64,000 nucleotides of DNA from Candidatus Latescibacterota bacterium. GTDB lineage: Bacteria > Latescibacterota > UBA2968. Both the position numbers and the translations under genes were made by a program. Location of the stretch: the NCBI GenBank assembly GCA_965205975.1, contig OZ242195.1, forward strand, positions 544,001 to 608,000, read 5' to 3'. The notes beneath the pieces were generated by a model. That model was not told where the DNA came from and searched no databases. It saw only the letters and a program-made list of their open reading frames with translations. Below are positions 36,902 to 47,060 of this stretch, one piece after another (position 1 is the stretch's first letter; each line of letters opens with the position of its first letter).

Positions 36902-38680
36902 ATGAAATATCTCAAAGGCATACAGGCGTCTCCGGGCATTGCAATTGCACCGGTGTATTTGTACGACCCGGAAGAGTTTCCCGTGGATCAACGCCGGATA
37001 GATCCCAGCGATATTCCCGTAGAGAAAGCGAGATTGCAAGAGGCAATCAGAGCCGTATCGGAGGATTTCGCGGCCACGCGGGCGCATGTCGAGGATATAC
37101 TGGGCAAAGAGCATGCCCAGATATTCGACGCTCACCTGCTCATGTTGCAAGACCCCATGCTTCTCGAGCTTACATACCCACAAATAGAAAAATATAATGC
37201 TGAATACGCTTTCTGGACGACTTTTCAGAATTTGCGTCGTCAATTTGAAGCGTTTCAAGATGATTATTTGAGAGAACGCGGTGCCGATTTATTGGGCATT
37301 GCAAAGCGGGTATTAGCCAAATTGGGGAATTGGGAAAAGGCCGGGTTAGATCGATTGCCCGACAAAGCGATTGTCGTTGCACGCGATTTAATGCCCGACG
37401 ATATGGCGCACTTGCAACCCGATCGGGTTTTGGGGCTTGTCACAGAAGTTGGTGGCCCCACGTCCCACGCGATTATTCTGGCGCGCGGGTTAGAGATACC
37501 CGCTGTTGTCAGCGTTGCCAACGCCCTATCTGATGCGCGTATTGGTGATATGGCGATAGTAGATGGGCACCGCGGGGATTTTATTCTCAACCCGGATAGT
37601 GAAATACTCGCGCAGTATCGGGACCTGGCCGAAAGATTGAGAAAGCGAAAGGCCGGGTTGGTTGATTCCCGAGATTTGCCCGCCCAGACTGAGGATGGCG
37701 TTCGGATCGCGTTACAGGCCAATGTGGAATTGCCCAGTGAGGTGCATTCTGCGATGGATTACGGTGCCGAAGGCGTCGGGTTGTACCGCACAGAATATCT
37801 CTATCTCGCCAGCGATATTTTGCCCGATGAGGCTTCACAGGTTGCCGCCTATTCGCAAATGGCCGAACGTATTGCGCCACACCCCCTCGTGATTCGCACC
37901 CTGGATTTGGGAGGGGATAAAATGTCGCATGTGCTCAATACACAGACAGAAATGAATCCCTTTTTGGGGTTGCGTTCCATCCGGCTGACGCTGCGACACC
38001 GCGATCTTTTCAAAGTACAGCTTCGGGCGATCTTAAAAGCGAGTGCTGTTGGTAATGTGAAGTTGATGTTGCCTCTGATTTCGGGGATTGACGAATTGCG
38101 TGAGGCACTTGCCTTGCTCAATGACGTGCGCGAAGAATTGACGCGAGAAGGCGTGCCTTTTGATCCTCAGTGTCCCGTTGGGGTCATGATCGAAGTCCCT
38201 TCTGCTGCACTGATAGCCGATCAATTGGCGCGGGAAGTCGATTTTTTCAGCATTGGCACCAACGACCTGATCCAATACACGCTTGCTGTTGATCGCGGCA
38301 ATGATCTCGTCTCGTATTTATTCGAACCGTTTCATCCCGCGGTTTTGCGATTGATCAAGCGTGTGGTCAATGCAGCGCATGCGGAAAATATACCGGTGAC
38401 TGTTTGCGGTGAGATTGCAGGAGATCCGCATTCTGGATTGTTGCTGGTGGGCATGGGGGTTGATAAGCTGTCGATGACGCCTTCGGCATTGCCCGAGGTC
38501 AAACGCGCAATTCGCAATACATCCTTTAATCAGCTCCAGGCACTTGGTGAAGATGTGCTCAATATGCAAGAGATCGCAGATATTCGGGCGCGTGTAAACG
38601 CCACTTTATCCGATGACGATACGTTCGTTGGCGGGGTAAGTGGTGAGACTACACGACAAATGAGATTGTCATTGTTTTAA
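36902..38680 (+). CDS. ptsI: PTS enzyme I
   Basis: GGPTSHA, GLYRTE, SIGTNDL, CGE. Confidence 0.95.
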   Translation: MKYLKGIQASPGIAIAPVYLYDPEEFPVDQRRIDPSDIPVEKARLQEAIRAVSEDFAATRAHVEDILGKEHAQIFDAHLLMLQDPMLLELTYPQIEKYNAEYAFWTTFQNLRRQFEAFQDDYLRERGADLLGIAKRVLAKLGNWEKAGLDRLPDKAIVVARDLMPDDMAHLQPDRVLGLVTEVGGPTSHAIILARGLEIPAVVSVANALSDARIGDMAIVDGHRGDFILNPDSEILAQYRDLAERLRKRKAGLVDSRDLPAQTEDGVRIALQANVELPSEVHSAMDYGAEGVGLYRTEYLYLASDILPDEASQVAAYSQMAERIAPHPLVIRTLDLGGDKMSHVLNTQTEMNPFLGLRSIRLTLRHRDLFKVQLRAILKASAVGNVKLMLPLISGIDELREALALLNDVREELTREGVPFDPQCPVGVMIEVPSAALIADQLAREVDFFSIGTNDLIQYTLAVDRGNDLVSYLFEPFHPAVLRLIKRVVNAAHAENIPVTVCGEIAGDPHSGLLLVGMGVDKLSMTPSALPEVKRAIRNTSFNQLQALGEDVLNMQEIADIRARVNATLSDDDTFVGGVSGETTRQMRLSLF

Positions 38681-38701
38681 TTTTTTATAGGAGCAGGCTT
38701 T

Positions 38702-39838
38702 ATGGGGCGTTTGTTTACGTCGGAATCGGTTTCTGAAGGGCATCCGGATAAGTTGGCAGATCAAATTTCGGATGCCGTGCTCGATGCTATGTTGGCGCAA
38801 GACCCCAAATCGAGGGTGGCTTGCGAAACGCTGGTGACAACCGGGCTTGTGGTGGTCGCTGGAGAAGTGACGAGCGAGGCCATCGTGGATTTTCAGTCGC
38901 TGGTGCGCGGCGTGATTAAAGATATTGGTTATACGAGTTCGAGCTATGGATTTGATTACAAAAGTTGTGCTGTCCTGGTGGCTTTAGATCAACAATCGTC
39001 CGATATTGCACAGGGGGTGGATACAGGTGGCGCGGGCGATCAGGGAATGATGTTTGGATATGCATGTCGAGAAACAATACCTGAATTGATGCCGTTGCCT
39101 ATTACCCTGTCCCATCAATTGGTGAAAGAACTCGCACAGATTCGCAAAGACAAAGGGCTTTCGTATTTGCGCCCCGATAGCAAAGCGCAGGTGACAGTGG
39201 AATACGACGGGGACGAGCCGGTTCGCGTTCACACAGTGGTGGTTTCGACGCAGCACGATGAAAACGTATCGCACGAGCAGATTGTGCGGGATGTGAAGGA
39301 GAAAGTGATCCGCGAGGTGGTGCCCACGCATCTTTTGGATGGAGATACGATTTATCACGTCAACCCAACCGGCAAATTCGTAGTGGGGGGACCACACGGC
39401 GATTGCGGATTGACCGGGCGAAAAATTATTGTAGATACGTACGGTGGGATGGGACGTCACGGCGGCGGGGCGTTTTCCGGCAAAGATCCGAGCAAGGTGG
39501 ATCGCAGCGGGCATTATGCGGCGCGCTGGGTCGCCAAAAATGTCGTTGCCGCGGGCCTGGCATCTCGATGCGAAGTGCAATTGGCCTACGCTATTGGGGT
39601 GAAAAAACCCGTTTCGGTCGCCGTAGATACGTTTGGTACGGGTAAAATTGAAGAATCAAAAATCGTTGATCTGATTGACAATCACTTTGACCTGACGCCA
39701 TCGGGTATTATTACGGCGCTGAAGTTGACCCGGCCAGTGTATCGTTCCACAGCCGCTTATGGTCATTTTGGACGCGGAGAATTTACGTGGGAACATACGA
39801 GTAAAGCCGATGTGTTAAAAAAAGCCGCTGGGCTGTAA
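38702..39838 (+). CDS. metK: S-adenosylmethionine synthetase
   Basis: [26 protein letters not shown]. Confidence 0.98.
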   Translation: MGRLFTSESVSEGHPDKLADQISDAVLDAMLAQDPKSRVACETLVTTGLVVVAGEVTSEAIVDFQSLVRGVIKDIGYTSSSYGFDYKSCAVLVALDQQSSDIAQGVDTGGAGDQGMMFGYACRETIPELMPLPITLSHQLVKELAQIRKDKGLSYLRPDSKAQVTVEYDGDEPVRVHTVVVSTQHDENVSHEQIVRDVKEKVIREVVPTHLLDGDTIYHVNPTGKFVVGGPHGDCGLTGRKIIVDTYGGMGRHGGGAFSGKDPSKVDRSGHYAARWVAKNVVAAGLASRCEVQLAYAIGVKKPVSVAVDTFGTGKIEESKIVDLIDNHFDLTPSGIITALKLTRPVYRSTAAYGHFGRGEFTWEHTSKADVLKKAAGL

Positions 39839-39876
39839 TATTTTATCTTTCTCACCCTATCAGTTCTTTTATTTTC

Positions 39877-39903
39877 GCGCGGAATTCATTTCCGCGCTTT
39901 TTT
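39877..39903 (+). terminator. Intrinsic terminator after metK
   Basis: GCGCGGAA-ttcat-TTCCGCGC followed by a T tract. Confidence 0.75.
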
Positions 39904-39922
39904 ATTCCGCGTAAATGTGTTC

Positions 39923-41284
39923 TCATCTTTCGAGATCGTATTGTTTTATTTTTTTGTGCAAGTTGGTGCGTTCGATGCCCAGGGCATTGGATGCGCGTGT
40001 GACATTTCCACTGTGTCGCTCCAGTGCTTCGGCAATGTAGTGCCGCTCAACGGCTTCGCGCACCTGGCGAAGTGTTTTTCCAGTGCCGAGATCAGGGAAA
40101 GAATCGGGTTGTCTTGGAATGGTCATGCCATCTAAGGCGGGTAAATCTTCAGGGTAGATGGTGTCTCCCGGAACCATAATTGAGAGGCGTTCAACCAGGT
40201 TTTTCAGTTCGCGGATGTTGCCGGGCCAGTCGTATTGCAAGAGCAGTTCCCGGGCTTCTGCCGATAGTGCTTTGGGTAAAAATCCATTTTCTTCGGCATA
40301 GGCGTTGAGGAAGTGTTCGGCCAGTGCGGGGATGTCTTCGCGGCGCTCACGCAAGGGCGGCGCTGTCAGTGGCACCACATTCAGGCGAAAGTAGAGATCT
40401 TCTCGAAATTTGCCCTGCTCGACTTCGGCGTGCAAGTTTTTGTTTGTCGCAGCGATGACGCGCACATCTACGCGAAAGGTTTTTGCACCGCCTACCCGTT
40501 CAAATTCTCCCTGCTCGAGTGCGCGCAAAACCTTGGCCTGTACCGATAGGCTCATGTCGCCAATTTCATCGAGAAATAACGTTCCTCCATCGGCCTGCAG
40601 GAATTTGCCATCGCGCGTTTTGACGGCGCCGGTAAATGCGCCTCGATCACTTCCAAACAATTCGCTTTCAATGAGTTCTTCGGGAATGGCAGCACAGTTT
40701 ACTTTGACAAAAGAATTTTTCGCTCTGTGACTCATTTTGTGAACGGCGCGGGCAATGAGTTCTTTACCTGTGCCGCTTTCTCCGAGGACGAGGACGCGCC
40801 CATTAGTGGGAGCAACGCGCGCGATTTGGTTGCGAATTTCTGCCAGGACAGGACTTTGCCCCACCATTTCATAGCGTCCTTCAATTTGTTGCTTGAGGTG
40901 GCGATTTTCCGCGGCGAGTTCCCGCGTTTGATGGGCACGAGAAATCGCCAGGAGCACTTTGTCGCGATCGAGAGGTTTTTCAAGAAAATCATAAGCTCCT
41001 CGTTTGATGGCGAGAACGGCGTTTTGCACATTGCCGTGTCCCGAAATCATGATGACTGCCAGATTGGGGCGCACTCCGAGGAGTTTGGGCAACAGGTCAA
41101 GGCCGTTGATTTCTGGCATAACAATGTCGAGCAAGACCAGGTGAATGCGTTCTTTTTGGAGTATGTCAAGACTCGCCTGTGCCGAGGCACAGGTGAAGAC
41201 CTGATAGCCTTCACCCGATAGGATCATGTCTAAGGTTCGACGGATATTTCTTTCGTCGTCAATAATGAGAATATTTTGGTTCAT
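39923..41284 (-). CDS. Sigma-54-dependent response regulator (NtrX/NtrC family)
   Basis: REC domain, [20 protein letters not shown], Fis-type HTH. Confidence 0.93.
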   Translation of the reverse strand: MNQNILIIDDERNIRRTLDMILSGEGYQVFTCASAQASLDILQKERIHLVLLDIVMPEINGLDLLPKLLGVRPNLAVIMISGHGNVQNAVLAIKRGAYDFLEKPLDRDKVLLAISRAHQTRELAAENRHLKQQIEGRYEMVGQSPVLAEIRNQIARVAPTNGRVLVLGESGTGKELIARAVHKMSHRAKNSFVKVNCAAIPEELIESELFGSDRGAFTGAVKTRDGKFLQADGGTLFLDEIGDMSLSVQAKVLRALEQGEFERVGGAKTFRVDVRVIAATNKNLHAEVEQGKFREDLYFRLNVVPLTAPPLRERREDIPALAEHFLNAYAEENGFLPKALSAEARELLLQYDWPGNIRELKNLVERLSIMVPGDTIYPEDLPALDGMTIPRQPDSFPDLGTGKTLRQVREAVERHYIAEALERHSGNVTRASNALGIERTNLHKKIKQYDLER

Positions 41285-42729
41285 CGCTGTTCCTCCGGTT
41301 GCGCTATGGCTCGGTCGGGAATGGGGAGTTGAAGGTCGAATTGCGCGCCTCCTGTAGGAGCATCTGTGACCGAGATGTGCCCCCCGTGATCTTCAATGAT
41401 GTTATGCACCACGGCAAGGCCCAGGCCCATACCGCTTTCTTTTGTCGAAACATAAGGTTGGAAGATACGCACGCGATCTTCTAAGGGTACACCCGGCCCG
41501 CTGTCAATTACGGAAATTATAGCCGTGTCATCAGACGTACATGTGCGTATTTCGATCTCGCCGTTTTTCCCAGAGGCGTCAAGACCATTTTCTATCAGAT
41601 TAATTAGCACCCGACGCATCTGCTCGACATCGAGTTCGAGTGCGGGCGGATGTTTTTCCAGGTTGAGGTGAATGCGAGCATCCGGGTAGAGGCGAACGAC
41701 ATTTTGTACACACTCATTGAGGTCGCTGAGAGATAGTGAGAGAGAGGGCATGCGAGCAAAGTTGGCAAATTCTTGAACCAGAGATCTGAGATTTTCGACT
41801 TCTTCGGTGACGATTTCCGTACAGTTAGTTACAAATTGTTGATATGCGGGATCATTGCCAGAATATTTGTCGCGCACTTGCTGTACGGCAAGTTGAATGG
41901 GCGTCAACGGATTTTTTATTTCGTGAGCCAGGCGCCGCGCTATTTCTCGCCAGGCTGCAATTTGCTCGGCTTCGAGTCGTTTGCGTCTGTTTTCTACAAG
42001 GTCTTGCGCCATCTGGTTAAAGGATTCGATAAGTAGGCCAATCTCGTCATCTCTGCCTTTGGGAATGCGGTATTGCAGGTTATCGCGTGCCATTTCTCGC
42101 GTGCCTTTAAGCAGTGCGTGAAGCGGGCGCGTGATCCCAAAGCCGATGCGAATGCCAGTTACAGATGCCAGAAGGATAACGCCTGCTGCTGCGACGAGAA
42201 ATGCGAGCAGAAATGCCGTGTGCAGATCGTCTTCCGCCATTTCTATATGTTTGTACGTATGTACGGCATTTTCAACATCGATGAGTGCCTCGAGTGAAAG
42301 CAAGGCAGTTAGTGCTTGTTGCGAATCGGGAAGAGCGATTACCAGTTGAAGCTGATCGTTTTCTACTTTGGAGACCGCGGGACCTTGCGAAAGATCTGTG
42401 TCGATCTGTTCGAGAGGTGAAATACGCAGGGTCATGTCGTCGAGCCCAGCATTTGCAAACGCGGCGTGTAAGGCATTGAGGTCGCGGTGAGGCGGTGCAG
42501 ACAACATATGTCCAATATCCTGAAGCTGCCGTTTTTTGGCGTCGTAGTTCTCTTTTGCCAAAGAAAGCGCACTGGTCAGCGCACTACCCACCTCGACATT
42601 GACATTGGTCTGAGTCTGAAGGCTCAGAGCCAAAAAGTGCCGTGCGAGCAGCGCGAGTATGAGCGTCGTGCCCAATGCCAGACCAATCAGGGCGGCGATG
42701 ATGCGCCAGCGCAGGGGGATAGCTCTCAT
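41281..42729 (-). CDS. HAMP sensor histidine kinase (NtrY-like)
   Basis: AWREIARRLAHEIKNPLTPI, DSGPG, GMGLGL. Confidence 0.92.
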   Translation of the reverse strand: MRAIPLRWRIIAALIGLALGTTLILALLARHFLALSLQTQTNVNVEVGSALTSALSLAKENYDAKKRQLQDIGHMLSAPPHRDLNALHAAFANAGLDDMTLRISPLEQIDTDLSQGPAVSKVENDQLQLVIALPDSQQALTALLSLEALIDVENAVHTYKHIEMAEDDLHTAFLLAFLVAAAGVILLASVTGIRIGFGITRPLHALLKGTREMARDNLQYRIPKGRDDEIGLLIESFNQMAQDLVENRRKRLEAEQIAAWREIARRLAHEIKNPLTPIQLAVQQVRDKYSGNDPAYQQFVTNCTEIVTEEVENLRSLVQEFANFARMPSLSLSLSDLNECVQNVVRLYPDARIHLNLEKHPPALELDVEQMRRVLINLIENGLDASGKNGEIEIRTCTSDDTAIISVIDSGPGVPLEDRVRIFQPYVSTKESGMGLGLAVVHNIIEDHGGHISVTDAPTGGAQFDLQLPIPDRAIAQPEEQR

Positions 42730-42750
42730 AGTTGTGTCTCCATGCCGTGT

Positions 42751-43362
42751 TTATTCATTAAGAAGGTGTGGGAGTGCGCTGGGGCGAAATCTGAACAGGT
42801 CAATCCATTCGGGAGATGTAGATCTGTCCAGAGAAAAGAAAAATTCGAGAAAGCTGCCTTTTTCAATTATCTTGAGCCATTGTCGCGTGCGTTCTCGTTG
42901 CTCGGGTGATATCGGGTTTACGTCTATCCGCACCTGCAAGGTGATAGGCTCATCGGGTAGGGGAAGCTGAGCCAGTGTGACTCCCTGAAGTTCAGAACAC
43001 GCGCGTCGAATATTTTCAAAATGAGACGTGATCTGTGTGTCTGGTCGTGCGGATTGTCGGATGAGGCGATATTGCCCTTCCCAGATGTCGTGCTCCAAAC
43101 GCCTGAGCAGGCTACGCAGTCCCAGATTATCTCCACGACCTGTCCTCAGGCGAAATTGCACGGCGATAGATGTCGTCATACCCGTTTCAATGGCATCAAT
43201 AGCCCGTTTTGAAAAGAGAGAATCGATGGTTGCATCGAGGCGCAGGGTATCGGATTGTACATAAATATAAAGACTGTCTTGCGGTATGTGCTGTGCAAGT
43301 AAGGGTTGCGTGCTGACAAGGAAGCAAACTGTGAGTGTCTGGATGATGAAGAACCGGGTCAT
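42751..43362 (-). CDS. DUF4390-like exported protein
   Basis: Signal peptide; position upstream of the NtrY-like kinase. Confidence 0.65.
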   Translation of the reverse strand: MTRFFIIQTLTVCFLVSTQPLLAQHIPQDSLYIYVQSDTLRLDATIDSLFSKRAIDAIETGMTTSIAVQFRLRTGRGDNLGLRSLLRRLEHDIWEGQYRLIRQSARPDTQITSHFENIRRACSELQGVTLAQLPLPDEPITLQVRIDVNPISPEQRERTRQWLKIIEKGSFLEFFFSLDRSTSPEWIDLFRFRPSALPHLLNE

Positions 43363-43369
43363 CTCTTCC

Positions 43370-44638
43370 TCACAGACCAATCTTGACGTCGGCAAAACGA
43401 TGTGATTTTACGATGAGTGTTCCCGTGCTGATTCCAAAGCTAATATCTACGCGGTTAAAGAGCAGCAGACCTACGCCAAAGGCAAAGTCGGCATCTCGTC
43501 GATCCTTGTCGTTTACAGAGCGGTGTACACCGCCACTTTCGGCAAAGGCATATATTCGCCCCAGGGTTTTGAGATCGATGGCATAGAGGGCTTCAGCCGC
43601 AAAAAACAGGGTGCCACCCTCTGGCCCTATAACGCGGCGTTCTATGCCTCTGAGTTGATTATTCCCATCGAGATAAAAGCGTTCGTAAAAGGGTGGATTT
43701 CCCCAGCCCCCCCCTGTTTTGAAGCCGAGCGAGAGGATGTGTCCTGAGATAACTTGCTGGTGCCGATAGAGTTTCGTGCGAAGCTTGATGTAGTTTGATA
43801 CCGATCCCAGAAGTTTGGATGACAGTATGAGTCGGGCGTTAAAATCCGTACCTTGCCCCCAGATCGCGCTCACGGGTTGTTTGAACAGGTTAAAAGAAAG
43901 TGTGGAGAGGTTTTCCCGCCCTACGGCAGCTTTAATTTCATTGGCAAAGACCCCACCGCCCGTGGGGATAGTGGGGTGTTGAAAATCGCCGATTTGTATG
44001 GCCTCAAAAGCGTATTTTAAGACGAAATGGTAGGCGCGCAAAGGAGAGGGCTGACCAATACCCATGGCAAATCCGATGCGTTCGAGATCGTAGCGCCCCC
44101 TGATATTGGGGTCTGGATCGCGAAAGATGTCGCGGTCTGCCGAAGACCCCGTTACCTGAATGTGAAATGCCTGATTGGTTTTGAGGAAGAGCGGATCGCT
44201 GTAGTGAAAGCCCCAGTATTTGAAGCGTTCTCCCAAACCGTATTCCACGCCGACTAATTTTCCCTCGCCACGCAGATTGGCATAATGGGCATTTGTGGAC
44301 GCGCCAAAGCCATCGAGTTCGGAATATTCAAAACTCAAACCCAGGTCGCCAAAGCGTTTTTCTTTTACATAGACTACGAGAATGGCTTTGCCTTTTTCTG
44401 CACCGGGTTTAATATTGACAAATGCAGTTCGGAAAAGCAGCAGACGCTCGAGGACCACGCGACAGCGGTCGATATCCCCCTCGCGCAGGTTATCTCCCAC
44501 TTTTACGGGCAAGACCTGGAGAATGAGTTCAACACGGGTTTTTTCATTGCCACGCACTTCAATATTTTCTATTTCATGCCCAATTTGCCCCAGGGCAGGG
44601 GTGGCAAACAGGCAGAGCAGGATGAGATATTTGTACAT
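43370..44638 (-). CDS. Omp85/BamA-TamA family outer-membrane protein with one POTRA domain
   Basis: IEVRGNEKTR POTRA, YVKEK, FYLDG..LRG. Confidence 0.8.
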   Translation of the reverse strand: MYKYLILLCLFATPALGQIGHEIENIEVRGNEKTRVELILQVLPVKVGDNLREGDIDRCRVVLERLLLFRTAFVNIKPGAEKGKAILVVYVKEKRFGDLGLSFEYSELDGFGASTNAHYANLRGEGKLVGVEYGLGERFKYWGFHYSDPLFLKTNQAFHIQVTGSSADRDIFRDPDPNIRGRYDLERIGFAMGIGQPSPLRAYHFVLKYAFEAIQIGDFQHPTIPTGGGVFANEIKAAVGRENLSTLSFNLFKQPVSAIWGQGTDFNARLILSSKLLGSVSNYIKLRTKLYRHQQVISGHILSLGFKTGGGWGNPPFYERFYLDGNNQLRGIERRVIGPEGGTLFFAAEALYAIDLKTLGRIYAFAESGGVHRSVNDKDRRDADFAFGVGLLLFNRVDISFGISTGTLIVKSHRFADVKIGL

Positions 44639-44673
44639 GATGATAGCACTCGTGTGGTTTTTAGATACAAGTA

Positions 44674-44689
44674 TGCAAAAACTGTGCCC
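44674..44689 (-). promoter_or_regulatory. Sigma-54 (-24/-12) promoter
   Basis: GGGCAC-AGTTT-TTGCA with GG-N10-GC spacing, about 35 bp upstream of the Omp85 start. Confidence 0.7.
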
Positions 44690-44848
44690 GTGTCTTTTGG
44701 GTCTTTTCCAGATGGAAATAAAATTTGGAAAAATAAGAAGTTGTCCGTATATCTAATACTTAAAATTAAGTATGCTTTCTGTGAAACAATACGACATGTG
44801 TATCTTTTTTGCAACAGGATTGCAGAATACTATCACGGGAGGGTGCTA

Positions 44849-45697
44849 ATGATGTCTGTGTCTCATATTCTCGAAAAACTCAAACGCGATGGGTTTTACG
44901 TGGTTGAAAACGTTATTCCCGAAGATGAGGTGGGTGCCGTGCGGCAAGCCATAGTGGCAGCACAGGCGCAAAAACACGCGGAGTCAGAGGCGGCATTGGC
45001 CGCAACCCGGGCGAAGGGACATCGCGTTGGTGCAGAGGGGGTGGCGAGTTTGCGGCAGGTGATTAATGAGACGCAGATTTTCGCACCTTATCTGGCAAGT
45101 CGAAAGATGATGGATGTGGTGGATGCGCTGTTTGGACCTTATGCGCGTATTTCTTGTACCGATTGTGTGATTAATTATCCGGGCAATGAAAGGGGGTACT
45201 GGCACGCGGATTGGCCGTATAATGCGACCAATGCATCGCATATTTTCTCGCCGTATCCCGATGCGTTATTGCATTTGTCGTCTATCTGGATGTTGACGGC
45301 GTTTAATGAGAAAAATGGCGGGACATTTCTCGTGCCGGGCAGTCATCGATGGCTCGATAACCCGGCCGCAGGTGGGATGGACGATGTGGATCAGGATGCG
45401 CCGTATCCCACCGAGATGCAGGTGAAGGGCACAGCGGGTAGTGTGCTGATTTACGATAGTCGATTGTGGCATGCGGTGGCATCAAATCAGAGCGATCGAC
45501 CGCGCGTTGCATTGATTGTGCGCTATGCCCCGTGGTGGTTGAATTTGAATCCGTCTCATATTGGCAAACCCGAGCACGAGATGATGGTGGTGGAGACAGG
45601 TGGCAAGAATTACGAATCTATGCCACTGCAAAAGGAGGTTTACGACGGGTTGCCGGAAGATGTGAAGCCTTTGTACCGCCATTGGGTCGAACAATAA
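44849..45697 (+). CDS. PhyH-family dioxygenase
   Basis: RDGFYV, WHADWP, NGGT..VPGSH, WH..N...R; real start lies inside the long ORF. Confidence 0.88.
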   Translation: MMSVSHILEKLKRDGFYVVENVIPEDEVGAVRQAIVAAQAQKHAESEAALAATRAKGHRVGAEGVASLRQVINETQIFAPYLASRKMMDVVDALFGPYARISCTDCVINYPGNERGYWHADWPYNATNASHIFSPYPDALLHLSSIWMLTAFNEKNGGTFLVPGSHRWLDNPAAGGMDDVDQDAPYPTEMQVKGTAGSVLIYDSRLWHAVASNQSDRPRVALIVRYAPWWLNLNPSHIGKPEHEMMVVETGGKNYESMPLQKEVYDGLPEDVKPLYRHWVEQ

Positions 45698-45734
45698 TCT
45701 GAGATTTGCGATAAATTAAAAAAGGAGGCAGACC

Positions 45735-47057
45735 ATGTCAAATTTACAGCTTGAGTCTATTGAACCCTGGGCGCCACATCCGACCGCCGCGCCGTTGACA
45801 GAGCGCAGTGGGGATACGCTGGCAATTGCCGCAAATGGCACGCGCACCTGTATTGGCGGATGGCAGATTGCGTATTCGGGGGTTGAGGCTGGCAAAATGT
45901 ATGAGGTCGTTGCCCAGACGCAGTTTCAAGATGTGGAACAGGTGCGCGATGTGTTGCGCTGTGAGGCGTATTGGGGCCACCTGGATCGGGACAGTGGGCG
46001 GCGCGGCGAAGTTTTGTCTTGGGATTATCTCCTTCCCGAGTGGAACGGCGATACCGTGCAATTTTCGCGGCGTCTCACTGCTCCGGAAGATGCCGAACAT
46101 CTGACCGTGCGCTATACGTTTCGCTGGTCGGTTAAAGGATCATCCGAATGGCAATTGCCCAAAGTGATCGCGACAGACGTGGGAGAATCATACAAACCCG
46201 TGAAAATTTGTGTGGCAACGGGACGGCGAGAAGATCGCGACCGACGGTTTGAGTCGATTCGGGACAATGTCGATCTTTATTTGCCTTTGTGCCGAGAGAT
46301 ATGCGAAAAAGAAAAACCCGATTTGATTGTATTGCCCGAGATCGCATTGCAATACGGGATTAAAGGGAGTCCGTTGGAACTGGCAGTGTCCGTGCCGGGA
46401 CCCGAGGCGGAGCCGTTTGCGGACATCGCGCGCGATTATGGCGTATATGTGCTGTTGGGTGTGATTGAACGAGATGGAGATGCCGTTCACAATACAGCTG
46501 TTTTGTTCGCGCCAGATGGCGGCGTGGATGGCAAATATCGCAAGGTGCATCTGGCTGTGGGTGGCGAGATGGATTCGGGTATTTTGCCTGGTGATGATTT
46601 TCCTGTATTCGATACAGAGATCGGACGGATTGGGTGCAATATTTGTATGGATTCTTCGGCGGCTGAATCGTCGCGGATGATCGGGTTAAATGGCGCGGAC
46701 TTTTTGTTGTTGCCAATTATGGGCGATCACCGTGCGTGGCATCCGGAAGATCATACGTGGGATCCCGAGCGCTTTCGCGGGATTATGCAGACGCGGGCAC
46801 TGGACAATCAGTTGTGTATGGTGGTGGCGGTAAATCGCGCGGAGGGCAGTTGTATTATTGATCGCACCGGGCATGTGCTGGCATGGAATGATGGCAATGA
46901 GCCGTTTGTGACCGCAGAGGTGAATCTCGTGGATGGATTCATGCCAAAGAGTCGCGGGTGCTTTCGCGGGATTAACTGGATGCAGCGACGACCACATACC
47001 TATCGCGCTTTTGTCGATGAAGAGAACGCGGGGACCTTGAAGACTGAGGCGTATTGA
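45735..47057 (+). CDS. Carbon-nitrogen hydrolase with N-terminal beta domain
   Basis: Triad motifs LPE, YRKVH, ICMD. Confidence 0.88.
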   Translation: MSNLQLESIEPWAPHPTAAPLTERSGDTLAIAANGTRTCIGGWQIAYSGVEAGKMYEVVAQTQFQDVEQVRDVLRCEAYWGHLDRDSGRRGEVLSWDYLLPEWNGDTVQFSRRLTAPEDAEHLTVRYTFRWSVKGSSEWQLPKVIATDVGESYKPVKICVATGRREDRDRRFESIRDNVDLYLPLCREICEKEKPDLIVLPEIALQYGIKGSPLELAVSVPGPEAEPFADIARDYGVYVLLGVIERDGDAVHNTAVLFAPDGGVDGKYRKVHLAVGGEMDSGILPGDDFPVFDTEIGRIGCNICMDSSAAESSRMIGLNGADFLLLPIMGDHRAWHPEDHTWDPERFRGIMQTRALDNQLCMVVAVNRAEGSCIIDRTGHVLAWNDGNEPFVTAEVNLVDGFMPKSRGCFRGINWMQRRPHTYRAFVDEENAGTLKTEAY

Positions 47058-47060
47058 GAA

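Noticed and set aside
44285..44848. N-terminal extension of the 470-aa ORF
   Set aside because: It overlaps the Omp85 gene in antisense and the divergent promoter region; the PhyH domain and RBS start at 44849.
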